Of a stretch of 64,000 nucleotides of DNA, positions 16,382-25,833 are shown piece by piece. The position numbers were made by a program, and so were the translations under genes. Source of the stretch: Clostridia bacterium (GTDB lineage Bacteria > Bacillota > Clostridia > UMGS1883 > UMGS1540); contig JAZNHR010000002.1 of assembly GCA_045577075.1 (NCBI GenBank), positions 22,949-86,948 on the forward strand, written 5' to 3'. The notes beneath the pieces were generated by a model. It worked only from the letters and a program-made list of their open reading frames with translations. It was not told the DNA's origin and did no database searches. The stretch's first letter is position 1, and every line of letters starts with the position of its first letter.

Positions 16382-17749
16382 ATGCGCTTTCGAGATAAAT
16401 TTCGCGATTTTAAAAACCGCCTTACAGACCGCCATATGTATTCAATTATTGTTGGTCTGATTGTCGTTATGGTTGCCGTTTTCGGATATCAGGCAAAAGT
16501 CAGCGCAGATTACAAAAACAGACTTGACGCCCAGTACATCCGCGCGTTTGATGACCTTACGGAATACGTTTCCACAATTGAAACCTCCCTGTTTAAGTGT
16601 GCTGCAGTCTCTGATCCAAAAAGCGTTGTACGCCTTGCAAACGATATTTATGCAAAGGCAGCGTCTGCAAGCACATGCCTTGGGCAGCTTCCTCTTTCCG
16701 ATGCCCATCTGGAAAATACGGCAAAATACCTTTCCCAGGTTGGCGATTTTACCTATATGCTTGCGCTTAGCTACATGGACGAGCCGAATGTCAGCGAGCA
16801 ACAGCGTCAAACAATGCTGGACCTTTCCAGATATGCCGTAACGCTTGAGGAAGGCCTCTATGATATGCAGCAAAAGCTTTACAGCGGCTCTCTTCGTTTC
16901 GGCACGCCTTCGGGCCAAAACGGGGACGGCTTTGTAGGTGATATGGAGCATTTAGAAGCACAATTCCAGGATTACCCCTCCCTTATCTATGACGGCCCGT
17001 TTTCCGACCATGTGCAGGATAAGGAATCCCTTCTTTTAAAAGATGCACCGGAAATCACAAGAGAGGACGCGGAGAGAAAAATTCAAGATGTTGTTTCCGC
17101 GGAACGTCTTGGCGAAATACGGTTTGATGGCGAAGTGGGCGGAAGGCTTCCTTCTTATATGTTTACTGTCTTCCCTGAAGACCGGAAAAACGGGCGCAGC
17201 ATCTCTCTTCAAATCTCCAAAAAAGGTGGGATGCTTTTGCAGATGCTGGATAATCGGGAAGTAAAAACCCAAGACATTGATATGGACACAGCGAAACATC
17301 TGGCAAACAAATATTTGGAAACGGTTGGTCTTTTCGACATGCGTGACAGTTACTTTGAACTCAAAGAGAACATTGCCACAATCAATTTTGCCTATGCGAA
17401 AGGAAATATTTTGTATTACCCTGACCTTGTAAAGGTCAAGATTGCAATGGATAGCGGTGAAATTCTCGGCATGGAAGCCGGCGGTTATGCCGCAAATCAC
17501 ACCGACCGTACCTTTCCATCTCCAAAAATCACCGCACAGGACGCACAAAAAAAGCTTTCTCCTGCGCTTTCTGTTGAAAACGTACAACTTGCTGTAATTC
17601 CAAGAGAAAGCCAGGACGAAGCTTTTTGTTGGGAATTTAAGTGCAGAATGGATGATAAAACCTTTTTAATTTATTTAAATACGGAAACAGGCGCAGAAGA
17701 AGACGTTTTAATGCTACTGGAGACAGAAGGCGGCATGCTTACCATATAA
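16382..17749 (+). CDS. ypeB: YpeB-like sporulation/germination protein (N-terminal membrane anchor, PepSY-like C-terminal repeats)
   Basis: 455 aa with an N-terminal TM. Architecture resembles germination protein YpeB. Assignment from overall similarity only. Confidence 0.5.
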   Translation: MRFRDKFRDFKNRLTDRHMYSIIVGLIVVMVAVFGYQAKVSADYKNRLDAQYIRAFDDLTEYVSTIETSLFKCAAVSDPKSVVRLANDIYAKAASASTCLGQLPLSDAHLENTAKYLSQVGDFTYMLALSYMDEPNVSEQQRQTMLDLSRYAVTLEEGLYDMQQKLYSGSLRFGTPSGQNGDGFVGDMEHLEAQFQDYPSLIYDGPFSDHVQDKESLLLKDAPEITREDAERKIQDVVSAERLGEIRFDGEVGGRLPSYMFTVFPEDRKNGRSISLQISKKGGMLLQMLDNREVKTQDIDMDTAKHLANKYLETVGLFDMRDSYFELKENIATINFAYAKGNILYYPDLVKVKIAMDSGEILGMEAGGYAANHTDRTFPSPKITAQDAQKKLSPALSVENVQLAVIPRESQDEAFCWEFKCRMDDKTFLIYLNTETGAEEDVLMLLETEGGMLTI

Positions 17750-17826
17750 CGTCGCAAATATTCCCCTCCTCAGCGGTTATACTATCTATGTACCGTAAAG
17801 GTTACAAACTGAATGTGGGGGTAAAA

Positions 17827-18003
17827 ATGATGCGTGGGCGTGGAATGATGAGTGAAAACTTAAAGCAGGAAATTGCAAAGGAATTAGGTGTGTATGACAT
17901 TGTAAAGCAATCCGGATGGGGCGCTGTAAGCTCCAGAGACTGCGGTAACATGGTCTCTCGTGCGATTGAAATTGCAGAGCGCAGTGTAAAAAATAATTCC
18001 TAA
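17827..18003 (+). CDS. Alpha/beta-type small acid-soluble spore protein
   Basis: MSENLKQEIAKELGV...GAVSSRDCGNMVSRAIEIAE matches the SASP alpha/beta signature. GGGGG RBS. The upstream sequence resembles a forespore sigmaG/F promoter (AAATA-17-TATACTA). Confidence 0.8.
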   Translation: MMRGRGMMSENLKQEIAKELGVYDIVKQSGWGAVSSRDCGNMVSRAIEIAERSVKNNS

Positions 18004-18011
18004 AACAAGAC

Positions 18012-18050
18012 ACGGCAGGGAAAATATTCCCTGCCGTCTTTCCGTTTATT
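18012..18050. terminator. Bidirectional terminator between SASP gene and nagA
   Basis: ACGGCAGGG-AAAATATT-CCCTGCCGT stem followed by a T-rich tract. Confidence 0.5.
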
Positions 18051-19164
18051 TTGTTCTCCAAACTTTACCGCCAATCACGGTAGCAACTAAGTCTAAATCC
18101 GGACTTAAAATGGTAAAGTCCGCATCAAAGCCTACTTCTATTTTCCCTTTCTTTTCCACACCAATCAATGTCGCCGGATTTTCTGTTGCCATTTTTACAG
18201 CATCATCAAACGGAATACCCCATTTGACTACATTTCGAAAGCAATCTAATACATTGGACGTACTGCCTGCCAAGGCACCGTCATCTGTTCTTGCAACACC
18301 ATTTAAAACAGTAACATGCTGGCCGCCTAAGGTATAAGAACCGTCCGGCATGCCGGCAGCGCGCATGCTGTCGCTAATTAAAATCACTTTATCATAGCCC
18401 TTAGCTTTCATTGCCATTTTTGCAGCGGCAGGATGGACGTGAATGCCGTCACAAATCAGTTCTGCATATACATCGGGATTTTCTAAAATCGCGCCAATCG
18501 TGCCGGGTGCACGATGGAGTAGCGGTGCCATACCATTATACAAATGCGTCGCATTCCTTACACCGGCATCGATTGCTTTTTTGGCTGTCTCATAATCCGC
18601 GGCCGTGTGTCCGATAGCCGCTACAACGCCGCGACTTTCTAAATGCAAAATGGCATCGATTGCGCCCGGCACTTCAGGTGCCAGACTCATAATACGCACA
18701 AAACCGGGAGATACATTTACCATTTTTTCTATCTCAGCAATGTCGGCATTCCGTAGATATGCGGGATTTTGTGCGCCTTTATATTCTTCGGAGAAATATG
18801 GACCTTCCAGATGCACACCTAAAATAGTAGCACCCTCACCCTTTTCATTTCGCTTTGCCGCGCAAATTGAGGTACACGATGCGTCTACGGGCATGGAAAC
18901 AGTTGTCGGCAAAAAGGAAGTGACGCCATGGTTTGCCATATAGACTTTCATGGTTTGCATTGCTTTATCCGTGGCATCCATCGTGTCCGCGCACATTGCG
19001 CCATGGGTATGTATATCTATAAATCCCGGTAAAACAAACGCGTCCCCAAAATCCAGACAATCCGGCTCTAAATGAGTACCGATTGCTGAAATTATACCAT
19101 TTTCGATGGTAAGCACCTTTTCTTCACGACCGAAAATCCGCCCTTTGATCTGCACAATTCTCAT
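18046..19164 (-). CDS. nagA: N-acetylglucosamine-6-phosphate deacetylase
   Basis: Metal-dependent amidohydrolase motifs (FIDIHTHG, ..HLEGP.., HLYNGM). Start set at the M of MRIVQIK (372 aa). The ORF track extends to 19230, which would run across the spoIIP promoter and RBS. Confidence 0.8.
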   Translation of the reverse strand: MRIVQIKGRIFGREEKVLTIENGIISAIGTHLEPDCLDFGDAFVLPGFIDIHTHGAMCADTMDATDKAMQTMKVYMANHGVTSFLPTTVSMPVDASCTSICAAKRNEKGEGATILGVHLEGPYFSEEYKGAQNPAYLRNADIAEIEKMVNVSPGFVRIMSLAPEVPGAIDAILHLESRGVVAAIGHTAADYETAKKAIDAGVRNATHLYNGMAPLLHRAPGTIGAILENPDVYAELICDGIHVHPAAAKMAMKAKGYDKVILISDSMRAAGMPDGSYTLGGQHVTVLNGVARTDDGALAGSTSNVLDCFRNVVKWGIPFDDAVKMATENPATLIGVEKKGKIEVGFDADFTILSPDLDLVATVIGGKVWRTK

Positions 19165-19172
19165 CCCCTTTT

Positions 19173-19201
19173 GCATATCTTCTACACCCTGTCCATAAAA
19201 T
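19173..19201 (+). promoter_or_regulatory. Candidate sigmaE-type promoter of spoIIP (GCATATC-14-CATAAAAT)
   Basis: Matches the Bacillus sigmaE consensus kmATATT-14-CATAcanT. Ends 20 nt upstream of the spoIIP ATG. Confidence 0.4.
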
Positions 19202-19221
19202 ACATACTGTGAGGTGTAGCC

Positions 19222-20238
19222 ATGAAACAAAAATCCTTTAAATTGATTCTGCTGTTTTTTATAATTTACAGCATACTATTTCTGTGCGGTGCAGGCGTAC
19301 TTTTTACAGGCGGACGGGCAGTCTCCTTTTCCGGAGAGTCTGTTTTTGCCGCCACGCCTTCCCTGTCTGTCCCGGATATTTCCTTTTATTCCGCCCTCCC
19401 CTTTGTCTTTAAGCCTTCCGCGGAAGAGGAACAAATAAATCCGGCAGTTCAAAGTCCTGTAGTAAAGCAGGAGCAATTTAAGACGTATGACGCCGAGCCG
19501 GCAGTCATGGGGAGCGTCTTGCAAATTAAAAACAGCACGGACTACGCCGTGGATACAGAGGCACTTCTCGCTTCCCCGTTCCCTTTGGGAAACGACGGGC
19601 CAAAGGTGTTAATCGTACATACACACACCTCGGAGGCCTACGCCCAAAGTGAAAGCTATGCCTATGTGCCCTCCGATGCATATCGAACGGAAAACACGGA
19701 GTATAACATTTGCCGCGTGGGAAAAAAGCTCGCAGAAACCTTGGAACGCCACGGCATCTCTGTTTTGCACGATACAACAAGCCACGACTATCCGTCCTAC
19801 AGCGGCTGCTATGCCCGTTCTCTCTCTACGGTGGAAAAAAACCTGGCAGAGCATCCATCTATCGAAGTTGTGATTGATTTACATCGCGATGCTATTTCTG
19901 ATGCGGAGGGAAATTATTTGAAAACCACAGCAGAAATTGACGGCAAAGAAAGTGCACAAGCCCTTGTGGTAGTAGGAACCGATGCCGGTGGTCTACCACA
20001 TGACACATGGGAGAATAATTTATCTTTGGGTCTTAAGGTGCAAAAGGCAATTTGTGAGATGTATCCGGGTCTTGCGCGCCCCCTGCATCTCCGTACAGAA
20101 CGGTTTAACGGGCACGCTTCGAAAGGAGCGCTTCTCATTGAAATCGGCTCCAACGGCAACACAATGGAAGAAGCCCTGTACTGTGCGGAACTTGTAGGAA
20201 ACGCACTCTCAAAAGCACTTTTAGGCCTTATGAAATAG
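19222..20238 (+). CDS. spoIIP: Stage II sporulation protein P
   Basis: 338 aa: N-terminal TM then the SpoIIP amidase-like domain (VLIVHTHTSEAY...). Confidence 0.8.
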   Translation: MKQKSFKLILLFFIIYSILFLCGAGVLFTGGRAVSFSGESVFAATPSLSVPDISFYSALPFVFKPSAEEEQINPAVQSPVVKQEQFKTYDAEPAVMGSVLQIKNSTDYAVDTEALLASPFPLGNDGPKVLIVHTHTSEAYAQSESYAYVPSDAYRTENTEYNICRVGKKLAETLERHGISVLHDTTSHDYPSYSGCYARSLSTVEKNLAEHPSIEVVIDLHRDAISDAEGNYLKTTAEIDGKESAQALVVVGTDAGGLPHDTWENNLSLGLKVQKAICEMYPGLARPLHLRTERFNGHASKGALLIEIGSNGNTMEEALYCAELVGNALSKALLGLMK

Positions 20239-22593
20239 CTAGAAGAGTCCAACTGCAATCCAAATGCCGCGAACGACGAGGGCACAAATCCAAGCAATCA
20301 GGCATTGCCCTAACACAATACCAAGTGCCCACTTTCCGCCAAGCTCACGTTTTATGGATGCCACGGCCGCAACACACGGCGTATATAAGAGGCAAAACAC
20401 CAACAGCGCCAAAGCGGACATAGGAGACAAAACGGACAGTAACTCGGTTCCCTCTCCCACCAGTACCGACAAGGTAGAAACTACGCTTTCCTTCGCCATA
20501 AAGCCGGCCACAAGAGCCGTTACAATTTTCCAGTCCCCAAATCCAAGGGGTGCAAAAAGAGGTGCTAAAACGCCGGAAACGCTCGCAAGCATGCTATCCT
20601 GCGCGTTTTCAACAATATTAAAGCGAAAATCAAAGGTCTGCAAAAGCCATACCACAATGGACGCGATGAAAATAACTGTAAACGCTCTTTGCAAAAAGTC
20701 CTTCGCTTTGTCCCACAACAGGCGCGCTACGTTCTTTGCGCCCGGCATACGGTAATTTGGCAGTTCCATTACAAAGGGTACCGCCTCACCTTTAAACGCC
20801 GTACCTTTAGAAATATATGCCGTAAGTACACCCACCAAAATACCGAGAAGATAAAGACCAATCATAATGAGTGCCGCATGGTTTGGGAAAAAAGCGGCGG
20901 TAAAAAAGCCATAAATCGGGAGCTTTGCCGTACAGCTCATAAAGGGTGTAAGCATAATCGTAAGCTTTCGGTCACGGGCTGAGGGAAGCGTTCTGCTTGC
21001 CATAACACCCGGCACCGTACACCCAAAACCAATCAGCATGGGGACGATACTTCTGCCCGAAAGGCCGATCCTCCGAAGCAGCTTATCCATAACAAAAGCA
21101 ACACGTGCCATATAGCCGCTGTCCTCAAGGAGTGATAAAAAGAAAAACAGCACCACAATAATGGGAATAAAGCTCAAAACACTTCCTACGCCGCTAAAGA
21201 TGCCGTCAATGATAAGCGCGTGCAGGACGGGGTTTACATGAATGGTTGACAGCCAAGCGTCCACAGACGTAGAAAGAAATGTAATACCCATTTCCAAAAC
21301 TTCCTGCAGGTATGCACCAATTACACTAAAGGTAAGCCAAAACACAAGCGCCATGATGCCGACAAAGGCCGGAATAGCCGTATATTTCCCGGTCAAAATT
21401 TTGTCCAGGTTGCGACTTCGTCTATGCTCGCGGCTTTCCTTCGGTTTTACCACCGTTTTTTGACACAGCTTGTGAATAAATGAAAAACGCATGTCTGCAA
21501 TGGCGGCGGCGCGGTCAAGCCCTCGTTCTTCTTCCATCTGACAAATAATGTGCTCAATGGTTTCTTTTTCGTTTTGAGAAAGAGAGAGTGCCTGCATAAT
21601 AAGTGCGTCACCCTCTATCAGCTTACTCGCGGCAAACCGCACCGGTATTCCTGCCGTATGGGCGTGGTCCTCAATAAGATGCATGATGCCATGGATGCAG
21701 CGGTGCACGGCACCACCATTTTTATCTTTATCACAAAAATCCGTTCTGCCCGGCTTTTCCTGATAACGGGCAATATGAACGGCATGACGTACAAGTTCTT
21801 CTACGCCTTCGTTCTTTGCGGCAGAAATGGGTACGACGGGGATTCCGAGCATTTCTTCCATTTCATTGATATGAATTGTTCCCCCGTTTCCCCGCACTTC
21901 GTCCATCATATTCAAAGCCAAAACCACGGGGACATCCAGTTCCATGAGCTGTAGCGTCAAATACAAATTTCGTTCTATGTTTGTAGCGTCTACAATATTG
22001 ATAATGCCTGTAGGCTTTTCTTTTAAAATAAATTCCCGGGAAACAATTTCCTCTCGACTAAAGGGGGAAAGTGAATAAATGCCGGGCAGGTCTGTCACTT
22101 CCGTATCGCTCTCACCACGGATAGCCCCGCTCTTTCGGTCTACGGTAACACCGGGAAAGTTTCCTACATGCTGGTTTGCCCCCGTCAAATGATTAAACAG
22201 CGTTGTTTTCCCGCAGTTTTGATTACCTGCAAGGGCAAAGGTGAGCTTGTGTCCTTTGGGCAAGGGATTTTCTTCTGCTTTTACATGGTATTTTCCGCTT
22301 TCGCCAAGGCCCGGATGTGCCGCCTTCTTCGTTGGTGCATTCGCATTGTTCAGCACTTCCTTTTGGGGCTCCATTTCACGAATACCGATTTTTTCCGCAT
22401 CCGCCTTCCTTAATGTAAGCGTATAGCCATGAATTTCCAGCTCCATGGGGTCGCCCATGGGCGCATACTTCATAAGCGTAACCGCCGCCCCGGGGATTAC
22501 ACCCATGTCCAGAAAATGCTGACGGAGACGGCCTTCTCCTCCGACTTCCGTTATAATTGCACTTTTTCCGATTTCTAAATCTTTAAGCGTCAT
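20239..22593 (-). CDS. feoB: Ferrous iron transporter, FeoA-FeoB fusion
   Basis: N-terminal FeoA SH3-like domain (MTLKDLEIGKSAIITEV), G-domain GNQNCGKTTLFN, polytopic membrane domain. 784 aa. Confidence 0.9.
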   Translation of the reverse strand: MTLKDLEIGKSAIITEVGGEGRLRQHFLDMGVIPGAAVTLMKYAPMGDPMELEIHGYTLTLRKADAEKIGIREMEPQKEVLNNANAPTKKAAHPGLGESGKYHVKAEENPLPKGHKLTFALAGNQNCGKTTLFNHLTGANQHVGNFPGVTVDRKSGAIRGESDTEVTDLPGIYSLSPFSREEIVSREFILKEKPTGIINIVDATNIERNLYLTLQLMELDVPVVLALNMMDEVRGNGGTIHINEMEEMLGIPVVPISAAKNEGVEELVRHAVHIARYQEKPGRTDFCDKDKNGGAVHRCIHGIMHLIEDHAHTAGIPVRFAASKLIEGDALIMQALSLSQNEKETIEHIICQMEEERGLDRAAAIADMRFSFIHKLCQKTVVKPKESREHRRSRNLDKILTGKYTAIPAFVGIMALVFWLTFSVIGAYLQEVLEMGITFLSTSVDAWLSTIHVNPVLHALIIDGIFSGVGSVLSFIPIIVVLFFFLSLLEDSGYMARVAFVMDKLLRRIGLSGRSIVPMLIGFGCTVPGVMASRTLPSARDRKLTIMLTPFMSCTAKLPIYGFFTAAFFPNHAALIMIGLYLLGILVGVLTAYISKGTAFKGEAVPFVMELPNYRMPGAKNVARLLWDKAKDFLQRAFTVIFIASIVVWLLQTFDFRFNIVENAQDSMLASVSGVLAPLFAPLGFGDWKIVTALVAGFMAKESVVSTLSVLVGEGTELLSVLSPMSALALLVFCLLYTPCVAAVASIKRELGGKWALGIVLGQCLIAWICALVVRGIWIAVGLF

Positions 22594-22611
22594 ATTTTTT
22601 GCTCCATACTT

Positions 22612-23682
22612 TTAAAATCCGTAATACGCCGTTCCGGCAGTAAGAGAAACGCCTTTTGCCGCCGCAAGTTCTCGCACGGTAACAAGCTGAAACCCTTTTT
22701 TAAGTAGTGCCGGTACAATCATTTTCACCGCATCCGCGGTGGCACCATAGATATCATGCATTAAAATAATGTTACCGTCAGAAGCGTACTGCACGACATG
22801 CTGTGCAATGCGGTTTGCATCTTGCGTTTGCCAGTCTCTGGGGTCTACATTCCAAAGGACAAGCGGCATCCCTGCGTTTGCACGAACAGATGCGTTGTGG
22901 TTTCCGTAAGGGGGACGCAGGGAAACAGGATTTTCTCCGATTATATTTTTGACAATAGTATTCGTTCTGGTAATTTCCGAGCGAATTTTTCCTACGGAAG
23001 ATGCGGACAAATCCGGATGCAAATACGTGTGATTCCCTATGTCGCACCCAAGGCTATGCGCGCGCTTTATCTGTGCCGGATACTGTTCTGCCTGACAACC
23101 CAGCACAAAAAATGTTGCCCGTGCACCATACCGTTCCAAAGTGTTTAAAATGGAATCTGTATGTACGCCGTGGGGGCCGTCATCAAACGTGAGTGCCACC
23201 ATAGGTCCTTCGATTGGCATGCGCCTCCAGCCCAAGGCAAGATACGCCTCTACCTCTGTTTTGTACACCACAATGGAACAGTTGCCGGGCGCGTAAAGCG
23301 TTTCCACCGTTTCCTCGTATGTTTCATACCAGCCTACAGAAAGATACGCCGGGACTTCCGATTTATAAACGGTTATTCTTCTGCCGTCAAGCGCGTAAAG
23401 CTCCTTGACCGTTTCTTCATATGTTTCATACCAGCCAACCGCCACGTATGCCGGTACCTCGGCTTTATAAACGCGCACGCTTCGGCCGTCCATAGAGTAG
23501 AGCGTGGCAACAGTTTCCTCAAAGGAATTGTACCACCCTAAATGCAGATATGTATCTACCGCCGTTTCGTCCACAATCGCGGTTCGACCGTCCGGTGCAT
23601 AAATCATACTGTTTGTGCTTCCTACCGGCATGGAAATGCATAAAAGCAATACTGCCAGAAGAAAACTTGTGCTTTTTTTCAT
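22612..23682 (-). CDS. Secreted polysaccharide deacetylase (NodB homology) with N-terminal tandem repeats
   Basis: Signal peptide, four ~33-aa repeats, then a NodB domain (ALTFDDGPH...). 356 aa. Confidence 0.8.
   Translation of the reverse strand: MKKSTSFLLAVLLLCISMPVGSTNSMIYAPDGRTAIVDETAVDTYLHLGWYNSFEETVATLYSMDGRSVRVYKAEVPAYVAVGWYETYEETVKELYALDGRRITVYKSEVPAYLSVGWYETYEETVETLYAPGNCSIVVYKTEVEAYLALGWRRMPIEGPMVALTFDDGPHGVHTDSILNTLERYGARATFFVLGCQAEQYPAQIKRAHSLGCDIGNHTYLHPDLSASSVGKIRSEITRTNTIVKNIIGENPVSLRPPYGNHNASVRANAGMPLVLWNVDPRDWQTQDANRIAQHVVQYASDGNIILMHDIYGATADAVKMIVPALLKKGFQLVTVRELAAAKGVSLTAGTAYYGF
23218..23592 (-). repeat. Intragenic tandem repeat, ~99-bp unit x ~4, encoding a 33-aa motif (D-G-R-x-[IV]-x-V-Y-K-x-E-V-x-A-Y-L-x-x-G-W-Y-E-T-Y-E-E-T-V-x-x-L-Y)
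   Basis: Read from the translation: YKAEVPAYVAVGWYETYEETVKELY, YKSEVPAYLSVGWYETYEETVETLY, YKTEVEAYLALGW plus one degenerate first copy. Confidence 0.6.
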
Positions 23683-23852
23683 TGGTAACCTCTTCTTTTG
23701 TAAATTTCCATTTTAAATTCTACCACAAACAGGAGCACTTGTAAAGGGAAATATGCGGGATTTTTCATAAATAAGGCTAACTTTCGAAAAGGGAGCTATA
23801 AAAAATAAAAGATCGTTTTCGGCAATGAAAAATGTTGTTTCTTTATACAGTG

Positions 23853-24404
23853 TTACTTTACAAGCGAGATTAAAAAGTAACATCGCTCACTTGTATATTG
23901 AATCCCCGCAGAATTTCGTGCCAATGGTTCACCGGAACCACCTTCCCATTCTGCCGCAGCATCATCCATGCCTTTTTCCTTTTCTTTTATCCACTTATCC
24001 TCTTCTGCTTCCAAAAGAGAGAACTCTTCTACATTCATAGTAGACTTTAAATATTGAAAGACTTCATTAAGTAAAGAATCCCATTTAACATATACAGCAT
24101 ACGATTCTGTGTTTAATGCAGTTTGCGTTGTTGCGGTTTCATAGTTTTCCTTGCTATACGTTTCAATCGCTTCCGCTTTTTTCATAAACACGTCATATTG
24201 CCCTACCGTATTTGAATGTATTATGTTGCCGTCCGTGTCACCAGCGGATTTTTCTTCATCTTGTGAAAGCGCAACAATTGGATTTGATTTTACTTCTGTG
24301 TCGTTCTTTTCTAAATCTAAGCCGTTTCGTTTACAGGCCGACATAGTGATGGAAAGAGCAATCAAACAACAAAGGATTAAAATGCTGGTTTTATTAAGCT
24401 TCAT
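23853..24404 (-). CDS. Lipoprotein, DUF1311/LprI-like C-terminal domain
   Basis: Signal peptide with lipobox-like ITMSAC. C-terminal W..EW...R...C pattern typical of DUF1311. Confidence 0.45.
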   Translation of the reverse strand: MKLNKTSILILCCLIALSITMSACKRNGLDLEKNDTEVKSNPIVALSQDEEKSAGDTDGNIIHSNTVGQYDVFMKKAEAIETYSKENYETATTQTALNTESYAVYVKWDSLLNEVFQYLKSTMNVEEFSLLEAEEDKWIKEKEKGMDDAAAEWEGGSGEPLARNSAGIQYTSERCYFLISLVK

Positions 24405-24444
24405 ATTTTCGCCTCCGCGCAGTTAATATACCACATTGATTTTT

Positions 24445-24486
24445 ATCGATGAAAAAAGACATTTTTCATTAAGAAAAATGTCTTTT
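24445..24486 (-). terminator. AT-rich hairpin terminator 3' of tRNA-Asp
   Basis: AAAAAGACATTTTT...AAAAATGTCTTTTT inverted repeat with flanking T-run on the minus strand. Confidence 0.45.
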
Positions 24487-24488
24487 TC

Positions 24489-24565
24489 TGGCGACCCGGA
24501 TGGGGCTCGAACCCACGACCTCCAGCGTGACAGGCTGGCGTTCTAACCAACTGAACTACCGGGCC
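24489..24565 (-). tRNA. tRNA-Asp (anticodon GTC)
   Basis: Reverse complement GGCCCGGTAGTTCAGTTGGTTAGAACGCCAGCCTGTCACGCTGGAGGTCGTGGGTTCGAGCCCCATCCGGGTCGCCA. Anticodon loop CTGTCAC. Confidence 0.9.
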
Positions 24566-24590
24566 ATAAAACCCCGCAAAATGCGGGGAC
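24566..24590 (-). terminator. Intrinsic terminator after rpsR
   Basis: CCCCGCA-UUU-UGCGGGG followed by UUUUAU on the minus strand. Confidence 0.5.
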
Positions 24591-24596
24591 TTATGT

Positions 24597-24845
24597 TTAT
24601 TCAGAAGTATAGGGGAGCAATGCAATATGTCTTGCTCTCTTGATTTCTGTTGTGAGCTGACGCTGGTGCTTTGCACAGGTGCCGGTCATACGACGGGGCA
24701 GAATCTTCCCTCTGTCAGAAATAAAACGGCGCAGACGTGCAACATCCTTGTAATCGATGTGTTCTACCTTATCAGCGCAGAAAATGCAGACCTTCTTCTT
24801 TGCCTTGCGGCTGCGGTACGGTCTTTCGCTTCTTTCTCTATCCAT
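24597..24845 (-). CDS. rpsR: 30S ribosomal protein S18
   Basis: 82 aa with the canonical S18 sequence ([35 protein letters not shown]). Confidence 0.95.
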   Translation of the reverse strand: MDRERSERPYRSRKAKKKVCIFCADKVEHIDYKDVARLRRFISDRGKILPRRMTGTCAKHQRQLTTEIKRARHIALLPYTSE

Positions 24846-24876
24846 GGATCTATTCTCCTTTCCGTGATTTTAACGT

Positions 24877-25299
24877 TTAGAAGGGCAAGTCATCATCCGT
24901 GGCATCCGGGCCAAACTCCATGGGGAGTTCTGCACCGCTGCCGGTGGAAAAGCCGCCGCCACTGGGGGCCGCGCTATCCTTCTTGCTCTCCACAAAATGC
25001 GCTTCATTGACAACTACTTCCGTTACCCAATGGCGCTTACCCTCTTGGTCATCCCAAGTGCGGGTTTGAATGGAACCGTCAACACCAATCATGTTTCCCT
25101 TTGCAAAATAACGAGAGATAAAATCTGCCGTATTTCGAAATGCAACACAGTTAATAAAATCGGTTTGCCGTTCTTCCCCCTGCCGCGCGTAGCTTCTGGC
25201 TACGGCAACGGTGAAGGATGCAACGGATACACCGCTTTGTGTCGAACGCAGTTCCGGGTCCTTGGTCAGCCGACCGACTAAAATCGCTTTGTTCAGCAT
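24877..25299 (-). CDS. ssb: Single-stranded DNA-binding protein
   Basis: OB fold (LVGRLTKDPELR...), Gly-rich linker, C-terminal DDDLPF tip. Confidence 0.95.
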   Translation of the reverse strand: MLNKAILVGRLTKDPELRSTQSGVSVASFTVAVARSYARQGEERQTDFINCVAFRNTADFISRYFAKGNMIGVDGSIQTRTWDDQEGKRHWVTEVVVNEAHFVESKKDSAAPSGGGFSTGSGAELPMEFGPDATDDDLPF

Positions 25300-25314
25300 A
25301 CAAAAACCCTCCTT

Positions 25315-25614
25315 TTACTCTTCTTCGCGACGAACAATAATTGTGCGAAGAACGCCTTCGGTAATGCCGTAAACACGGTCAAGCTCGCGCGGGAATTCCG
25401 CAGGTGCCTTGAAGTTTACAAGCACGTAGTAGCCTTCCGTCTTGTAGTTGATGGGGTAAGCAAGACGTCTCTTTCCCCACACGTCTACATTCTCAACTTC
25501 GCCGGCGCCAGCAATAAGCGCAGTGAATTTTTCCTGCAGTGCTGTGAGTTCTTCCTCGGAAAGAGCAGAATCCAGGACAAAGATTGTTTCGTACTTTTGC
25601 ATCATTTCTGCCAT
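25315..25614 (-). CDS. rpsF: 30S ribosomal protein S6
   Basis: Start at MAEMMQKYETIFVL, 8 nt after AAAGGAGGTG. The ORF-track 5' extension is disregarded. Confidence 0.9.
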   Translation of the reverse strand: MAEMMQKYETIFVLDSALSEEELTALQEKFTALIAGAGEVENVDVWGKRRLAYPINYKTEGYYVLVNFKAPAEFPRELDRVYGITEGVLRTIIVRREEE

Positions 25615-25833
25615 TTTTACACCTCCTTTTGGTCTTTGGCCCCTTTCGGAGCAAGGATACCATAATAGTATAAGCTTTTCTAGGCTATTTGTCAAGCCAT
25701 TTTGGAAAAATTTTTATATTTTTACGTGAAAAATTACGGTTTTTGGGATTGCACAAAAAATATATAACGTCTAATTTTCGCAAAAATTGCATATACTTTT
25801 CTTTAGACATCGCGAAGAAGAAAGGAGCCATAT

